Positions 37,605 through 42,001 of a stretch of DNA of 42,001 nt are shown piece by piece; within the stretch, counting starts at the first letter, position 1; each line of letters opens with the position of its first letter. The position numbers and the translations under genes are program-made. The DNA is from Candidatus Thiothrix namsaraevi (lineage in GTDB: Bacteria > Pseudomonadota > Gammaproteobacteria > Thiotrichales > Thiotrichaceae). The notes beneath the pieces are model-generated. The model was not told the DNA's origin and did no database searches. It saw nothing but the letters and a program-made list of their open reading frames with translations. The stretch covers positions 1 to 42,001 of the forward strand of contig JBEUIR010000001.1 of NCBI GenBank assembly GCA_040415395.1, given 5' to 3'.

Positions 37605-39041
37605 ATGAATATTGCAATTGCACTGCCGGAAATTTTTCTGCTGAGTACGATCTGCCTGATTTTGCTGCTTGGTGTGTTCCTGAGCAAAGATTGTCGTATG
37701 GTGACGTATCTATTGGCTCAGGTAGCGTTGTTGGCGACTGCCTTATTGGCTTACGGCGCAATGGATGGTCAGAAAGTGACTGGTCTGAATGGTATGTATG
37801 TGCGTGATGATTTGGGCGGTGTCCTGAAAGTCAGCATTTTGCTGCTAACGTTTGCAGTATTTGTGTATGCCCGCAAGTATCTGAAAGACACTAATACGTG
37901 GATTGGGGAGTTTTTCTTCCTAGCGTTATTTGCCGTGCTTGGTATGTTGGTGATGGTTTCTGCCAATCATTTGCTGGTGATGTATTTGGGATTGGAGTTA
38001 CTGGCGTTGTCGATGTATGCCTTGGTGGCATTTAATCGTGATGATGGGCGTTCCTCTGAGGCGGCAATGAAGTATTTTGTGCTGGGGGCGGTTGCTTCTG
38101 GTTTGTTGTTGTATGGGATTTCCATGCTGTATGGCTTGAGCGGAAAGCTGGAGTTTGCTGAGGTAATGGTTTACGTCAGTGCGCAAAATGTGCTGGAAAA
38201 TATTCCGTTGTTGTTTGCGCTGGTCTTTATTGTGGCGGGTATTGCCTTTAAGTTTGGTGCAGTGCCTTTCCATATGTGGGTTCCCGATGTGTATCAGGGA
38301 GCGCCGACTGCGGTAACCCTGTTTTTGGGGAGTGTGCCGAAACTGGCGGCGTTGGCAATGTTATTGCGGGTACTGGCAGAGTCTATGGGTGCTGCTCAGC
38401 CCGGTTGGGCGCAATTGCTCTTGGTGTTTGGGTTGTTGTCGGTATTTTTGGGTAATCTGATTGCGATTGCACAGTTTAACCTTAAGCGGATGTTGGCTTA
38501 TTCTACGATTGCGCACATGGGGTTCATTCTGTTGGCGGCGCTAACAGGGACATCGGAAGGTTATTCTGCCGCACTGTTTTACACCATTACTTACGCCATG
38601 ATGGCTGCGGGTGGTTTTGCTATCCTGATTTTGCTGGGGCGTGAAGGCTTTGAGGCGGAAACGCTGGATGACTTGAAGGGTTTGAACGAGCGCAATCCCT
38701 GGTATGCCTTTCTCATGATGGTCTTCTTGTTTTCGATGGCGGGGATTCCGCCAACAGTGGGCTTTTATGCGAAATTGTTCGTCATTGAGTCTGTGATGCA
38801 GGCGGGTTATTTGTGGGCTGCGGTGTTCATGGTGTTGATGTCGGTGATCGGGGCGTATTACTACTTACGCGCGATTAAAATGATGTACTTTGATAAGCCG
38901 GAACAAACCGCACCGATTCAGGCTGAACTTGATTTTAATGTGCTGATCAGTGTAAATGGCGTACTCATGGTGTTGCTGGGAGTGTTCCCTGGAACGCTAA
39001 TGGGAATTTGTTCAGCAGCAATGGTCGCTAGTCGTTTATGA
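37605..39041 (+). CDS. nuoN: NADH-quinone oxidoreductase subunit N
   Basis: EA..KYF.LGA..SG, FK....PFHMW.PDVY.GAP, KRMLAYS.I.H.G, SMAGIPP..GF..K. Confidence 0.97.
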   Translation: MNIAIALPEIFLLSTICLILLLGVFLSKDCRMVTYLLAQVALLATALLAYGAMDGQKVTGLNGMYVRDDLGGVLKVSILLLTFAVFVYARKYLKDTNTWIGEFFFLALFAVLGMLVMVSANHLLVMYLGLELLALSMYALVAFNRDDGRSSEAAMKYFVLGAVASGLLLYGISMLYGLSGKLEFAEVMVYVSAQNVLENIPLLFALVFIVAGIAFKFGAVPFHMWVPDVYQGAPTAVTLFLGSVPKLAALAMLLRVLAESMGAAQPGWAQLLLVFGLLSVFLGNLIAIAQFNLKRMLAYSTIAHMGFILLAALTGTSEGYSAALFYTITYAMMAAGGFAILILLGREGFEAETLDDLKGLNERNPWYAFLMMVFLFSMAGIPPTVGFYAKLFVIESVMQAGYLWAAVFMVLMSVIGAYYYLRAIKMMYFDKPEQTAPIQAELDFNVLISVNGVLMVLLGVFPGTLMGICSAAMVASRL

Positions 39042-39328
39042 GTTTATCCGTTTTGCAGTGGGGCTTTCTGGGTCTCGCGTTGTTATTGGCTAATTTGCCC
39101 TGGTTAAGTCAGCGTTGTTTTCTCATTTTGCAATGTGAACGCAAATCAGCTTGGTTACGTTTGTTGGAATGGTTTGTATTGTACTTCGTCGTGGGTGCTT
39201 TGGCATTGTTGCTGGAGCAGCGTGCGATGGGAACCATACACGCTCAGGATTGGGAATTTTACGCCGTTACCTTGTCTTTGTTTTTGGTATTCGCGTTTCC
39301 TGGCTTCATTTATCGCCATGTACGTTAA
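39038..39328 (+). CDS. Small membrane protein, DUF2818-like (commonly follows nuoN)
   Basis: ANLPW.S.R, RL.EW...Y, E...G..H.Q.WEFY..T..LF.V.AFPGF.YR; overlaps the nuoN stop (ATGA). Confidence 0.85.
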   Translation: MSLSVLQWGFLGLALLLANLPWLSQRCFLILQCERKSAWLRLLEWFVLYFVVGALALLLEQRAMGTIHAQDWEFYAVTLSLFLVFAFPGFIYRHVR

Positions 39329-39352
39329 TTTCAAGTTTTGTTTCGATAAGGC

Positions 39353-39381
39353 TTGCAAGGGTCAATCCTTTGCTTTATAGT
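39353..39381 (+). promoter_or_regulatory. sigma70 promoter for the tRNA-fMet-rimP-nusA-infB operon
   Basis: TTGCAA-N17-TATAGT followed by a GC-rich discriminator, 12 nt before the tRNA. Confidence 0.7.
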
Positions 39382-39393
39382 TCGCTCCTCTGA

Positions 39394-39470
39394 TGCGGGG
39401 TGGAGCAGTCTGGCAGCTCGTCGGGCTCATAACCCGAAGGTCGCAGGTTCAAATCCTGCCCCCGCTACCA
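39394..39470 (+). tRNA. Initiator tRNA-fMet(CAT) (metY-like)
   Basis: 77 nt; anticodon stem with three consecutive G-C pairs (GGG-CTCATAA-CCC); unpaired 1:72; TTCAAAT T-loop; CCA; located upstream of rimP-nusA-infB. Confidence 0.96.
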
Positions 39471-39478
39471 ATTATAAG

Positions 39479-39505
39479 AAGGCCCCTATCAGGGCCTTTT
39501 TTATT
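39479..39505 (+). terminator. Terminator/attenuator between tRNA-fMet and rimP
   Basis: AAGGCCC-CTATCA-GGGCCTT-TTTTATT. Confidence 0.75.
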
Positions 39506-39536
39506 ATGTGCTACCCAAGAAGGTACCCAAGACGTA

Positions 39537-40013
39537 ATGCAAGAAAGATTAGATACGCTGATTCATACCACTGTCACCGGCCTCGGTTATGATTTGTGGG
39601 GTTATGAGTACCGTCCACAAACGGAAAGTGCGTTGTTACGTATCTTCATCGACTCTGAGCAAGGTATTACGGTAGATGACTGCGGACGTGTCAGCAACCA
39701 GTTGAGTGCCGCACTCGATGTGGACGACCTGATTCCCGTTGCCTATATTCTTGAAGTATCTTCGCCCGGAATTGACCGGGTGTTATTCATCCCCGCACAC
39801 TATGCTCTGTATGTAGGCAAGCACATTAAAGTGCGTACCCGTCTGCCGGTGGAAAAACGCCGCAACTTCGTCGGGAAGTTGAAGGATGCGAACGACACCC
39901 ACATTTCCATGGAAGTGGAAGGCACAGTCTTTGAGATTCCTTACGATGTTATTGATCGTGGGCGAGTTGTTCTGGATATTCGACCTCAGCGCAAGGGCGG
40001 TAAACACGCATGA
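39537..40013 (+). CDS. rimP: Ribosome maturation factor RimP
   Basis: LR.FID...GIT.DDC..VS...S..LDV.D.I...Y.LEVSSPG.DR. Start ATG 39537. Confidence 0.96.
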   Translation: MQERLDTLIHTTVTGLGYDLWGYEYRPQTESALLRIFIDSEQGITVDDCGRVSNQLSAALDVDDLIPVAYILEVSSPGIDRVLFIPAHYALYVGKHIKVRTRLPVEKRRNFVGKLKDANDTHISMEVEGTVFEIPYDVIDRGRVVLDIRPQRKGGKHA

Positions 40014-41506
40014 ATAAAGAAATTCTCTACGTTGTTGATGCAGTCTCCAATGAAAAAAATGTCAGCAAGGAATTAATTTTCCAGGCAGTAGAAACAGCGT
40101 TGGCAATGGCTACCCGTAAACGTTACGGTATGAATATCGATGCACGTGTCTCGGTAAACCGCCAAACCGGGGATTATGAAACCTTCCGCCGCTGGAAAGT
40201 GGTGGACGATGAAGACCCCGATTTTGAAAGCCCTGAACGCCAAATTTTGGAAAGCTATGCCAAAGATCGTGGCTTGAGTGTTGCTATCGGCGATTACGTT
40301 GAAGAAGCCATCCCCTCGGTTGAGTTTGGTCGTATTGCGGCACAAACAGCCAAGCAAGTCATTGTTGCCAAGGTGCGTGAGGCTGAGCGTGAGAAAGTGG
40401 TTTCCGCGTATCGGGATAAAGTCGGGCATTTGATCATGGGTGTGGTTAAACGTGCTGACCGTAAAGGTATCGTGCTGGATATGGGGGAAAATGCGGAAGC
40501 CTTTATTCCCCGTGAAGAAATGATTCCCGGTGAAATGCTGCACGTTGGCGCACGGGTTCGAGGTTATCTGAAGGAAATTCATCAGGACATGCGCGGCCCG
40601 CAGATTATTGTCAGCCGTTCGGATGTGAATTTTCTGATTGAGTTGATGAAACTTGAAGTTCCTGAAGTCAGTCAGGAAATGATTGATATAATGGGTGCTG
40701 CCCGTGATGCGGGTTCACGCGCTAAAGTTGCCGTTCGTGCTAACTTGCCGAACATTGATCCGATTGGGGCTTGCGTTGGGATGCGTGGTTCACGTATTCA
40801 AACCGTCACCAACGAACTCGGTGGTAAAGAGCGCGTCGACATTGTGCTCTGGAACGAAGACATCGCCACCTACGTGATGAATGCGATGGCTCCTGCTGAA
40901 GTACTCTCCATTGTGGTGGATGAGGACAGTAAGAGCATGGATATTGGTGTGGATGGTGAAAAGCTGTCACAAGCCATTGGGCGTGGCGGGCAAAATGTAC
41001 GCCTTGCCAGCGAACTGACTGGCTGGACACTGAATGTCATGAGCGTGGAAGAAGCCGAAGCCAAGACCCAAGCGGAGCAACAATCCATCATCAACCTGTT
41101 CATGGAAAAACTGGATGTTGATGAGGAAGTGGCAGTGATTTTGGTGGAAGAAGGTTTCTCTACACTGGAAGAAGTGGCTTACGTGCCAATTGAAGAATTC
41201 ATGGCCATTGAAAGCTTTGACGAAACGATTATTAATGAATTGCGTGACCGTGCCCAAACAGCGTTGTTGTCGCAAGCCATTTCTCAGGATACCCACTTGC
41301 CAGCAGCAGATCTCCTGCACATGGAAGGCATGGATGATACCTTGGCCTTTAAGTTGGCAACCCAGGGCATTTGCACGATGGAAGATTTGGCAGAACAATC
41401 CGTGGATGAACTCACGGAATTGGCTGGCATTGATGAGGCGCGTGCTGCCAGTTTGATTATGAAAGCCCGTGAGCCTTGGTTTACGGACGATAAAGCAGAA
41501 GCTTAA
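40010..41506 (+). CDS. nusA: Transcription termination/antitermination factor NusA
   Basis: MNKEIL.VV.AVSNEK, FGRIAAQTAKQVI, GAC.GMRG.R, AIGR.GQNVRLAS.LTGW, acidic AR repeats. Confidence 0.98.
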   Translation: MNKEILYVVDAVSNEKNVSKELIFQAVETALAMATRKRYGMNIDARVSVNRQTGDYETFRRWKVVDDEDPDFESPERQILESYAKDRGLSVAIGDYVEEAIPSVEFGRIAAQTAKQVIVAKVREAEREKVVSAYRDKVGHLIMGVVKRADRKGIVLDMGENAEAFIPREEMIPGEMLHVGARVRGYLKEIHQDMRGPQIIVSRSDVNFLIELMKLEVPEVSQEMIDIMGAARDAGSRAKVAVRANLPNIDPIGACVGMRGSRIQTVTNELGGKERVDIVLWNEDIATYVMNAMAPAEVLSIVVDEDSKSMDIGVDGEKLSQAIGRGGQNVRLASELTGWTLNVMSVEEAEAKTQAEQQSIINLFMEKLDVDEEVAVILVEEGFSTLEEVAYVPIEEFMAIESFDETIINELRDRAQTALLSQAISQDTHLPAADLLHMEGMDDTLAFKLATQGICTMEDLAEQSVDELTELAGIDEARAASLIMKAREPWFTDDKAEA

Positions 41507-41527
41507 TTCTGCGGGAGGAAGAAATAG

Positions 41528-42001
41528 ATGTCGGACATAGCAGTCAAAAAACTTGCCGAGATAGTCAATGCTCCCGTTGAAGTTCTGCTCAAGCAGTTAC
41601 AGGACGCAGGTATTCATGTGAATGGCCCTGATGCTTGGATTACTGATGCACAGAAACTGAAATTGTTGGCACATATCCGTCAAGGCACCGCCCCAGTCAG
41701 TAGTGGTGGCAACAAAATTACCATTAAACGGCGCTCAACCAGTGAAATGAGCGTGGGTGCAGGTGGTGCGCGTAATAAAACGGTGAACGTTGAAGTTAGG
41801 CATAAGAAAACCTTTGCTCCCGGTTCCGTTGCCAAGCCGACCGAGCAGCAGCACAGTGCGGTTGAAGTGCCGCCCAGTAATGGCGCACCTGCTACTGGCG
41901 GAGCGCGTCTGAGCCGAACCGAAGAATTGGCGCGTCAGTTATCCGCTGAGCGTCAGGCGCGTGAGTCTGCCGTGCACAAATCTGGGCAGGAGCGTCGCCA
42001 A
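41528..42001 (+). CDS. infB: Translation initiation factor IF-2, N-terminal part (partial, runs off the window end)
   Basis: My translation is MSDIAVKKLAEIVNAPVEVLLKQLQDAG...KITIKRRSTSE...KTVNVEVRHKKTF, the IF2 N-terminal domain. SD GGAGG; follows nusA. Confidence 0.93.
   Translation, partial: MSDIAVKKLAEIVNAPVEVLLKQLQDAGIHVNGPDAWITDAQKLKLLAHIRQGTAPVSSGGNKITIKRRSTSEMSVGAGGARNKTVNVEVRHKKTFAPGSVAKPTEQQHSAVEVPPSNGAPATGGARLSRTEELARQLSAERQARESAVHKSGQERRQ

Noticed and set aside
39512-39532. Direct repeat TACCCAAGA x2 before rimP
   Set aside because: It is only two 9-bp copies with no supporting context, so it may be chance.
39393-39536. Extended rimP N-terminus
   Set aside because: It overlaps tRNA-fMet and its terminator; the real start is ATG 39537.
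1-42001. CRISPR array or additional cas genes accompanying cas6
   Set aside because: I found no regularly spaced direct repeats with unique spacers. Intergenic gaps are short and accounted for, and no ORF resembles Cas1/2/3/5/7/8.

Overview
A chromosomal region from a sulfur-oxidising gammaproteobacterium (Thiothrix/Thiotrichales-like by gene content; inference). From left to right it holds: the 3' end of soxX and a diheme soxA; three accessory genes (hypothetical, PiuC/YbiX-type 2OG-Fe(II) hydroxylase, Pro-rich membrane-anchored protein); a five-gene minus-strand cluster divergent from dsrA; the reverse-Dsr operon dsrABEFHCMKLJOP (no dsrNRS here); and a housekeeping block (yhbY, rlmE, ftsH, folP, glmM, tpiA, secG, tRNA-Leu, nuoA-N, DUF2818-like gene, tRNA-fMet, rimP, nusA, start of infB). 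The most interesting element is the divergent cluster at 3000-5614. It encodes a TauD-family dioxygenase, a 65-aa protein, an orphan Cas6 of the I-MYXAN/Cmx6 type with its His motif and G-rich loop intact, a cysteine-less DsrC/TusE paralogue and a 63-aa protein. There is no CRISPR array or other cas gene in the window. This could be a Cas6 endoribonuclease co-opted into a regulatory or RNA-processing module for sulfur oxidation (hypothesis). Candidate RNA hairpins occur in its own operon and at dsr gene junctions. Also seen: a GTAG-type REP palindrome in frame inside nuoG, a putative SqrR/BigR-like operator in the dsrA promoter, a 3-cluster DsrO and a lipoprotein-type DsrJ. All family assignments come from motif recognition; no searches were run.
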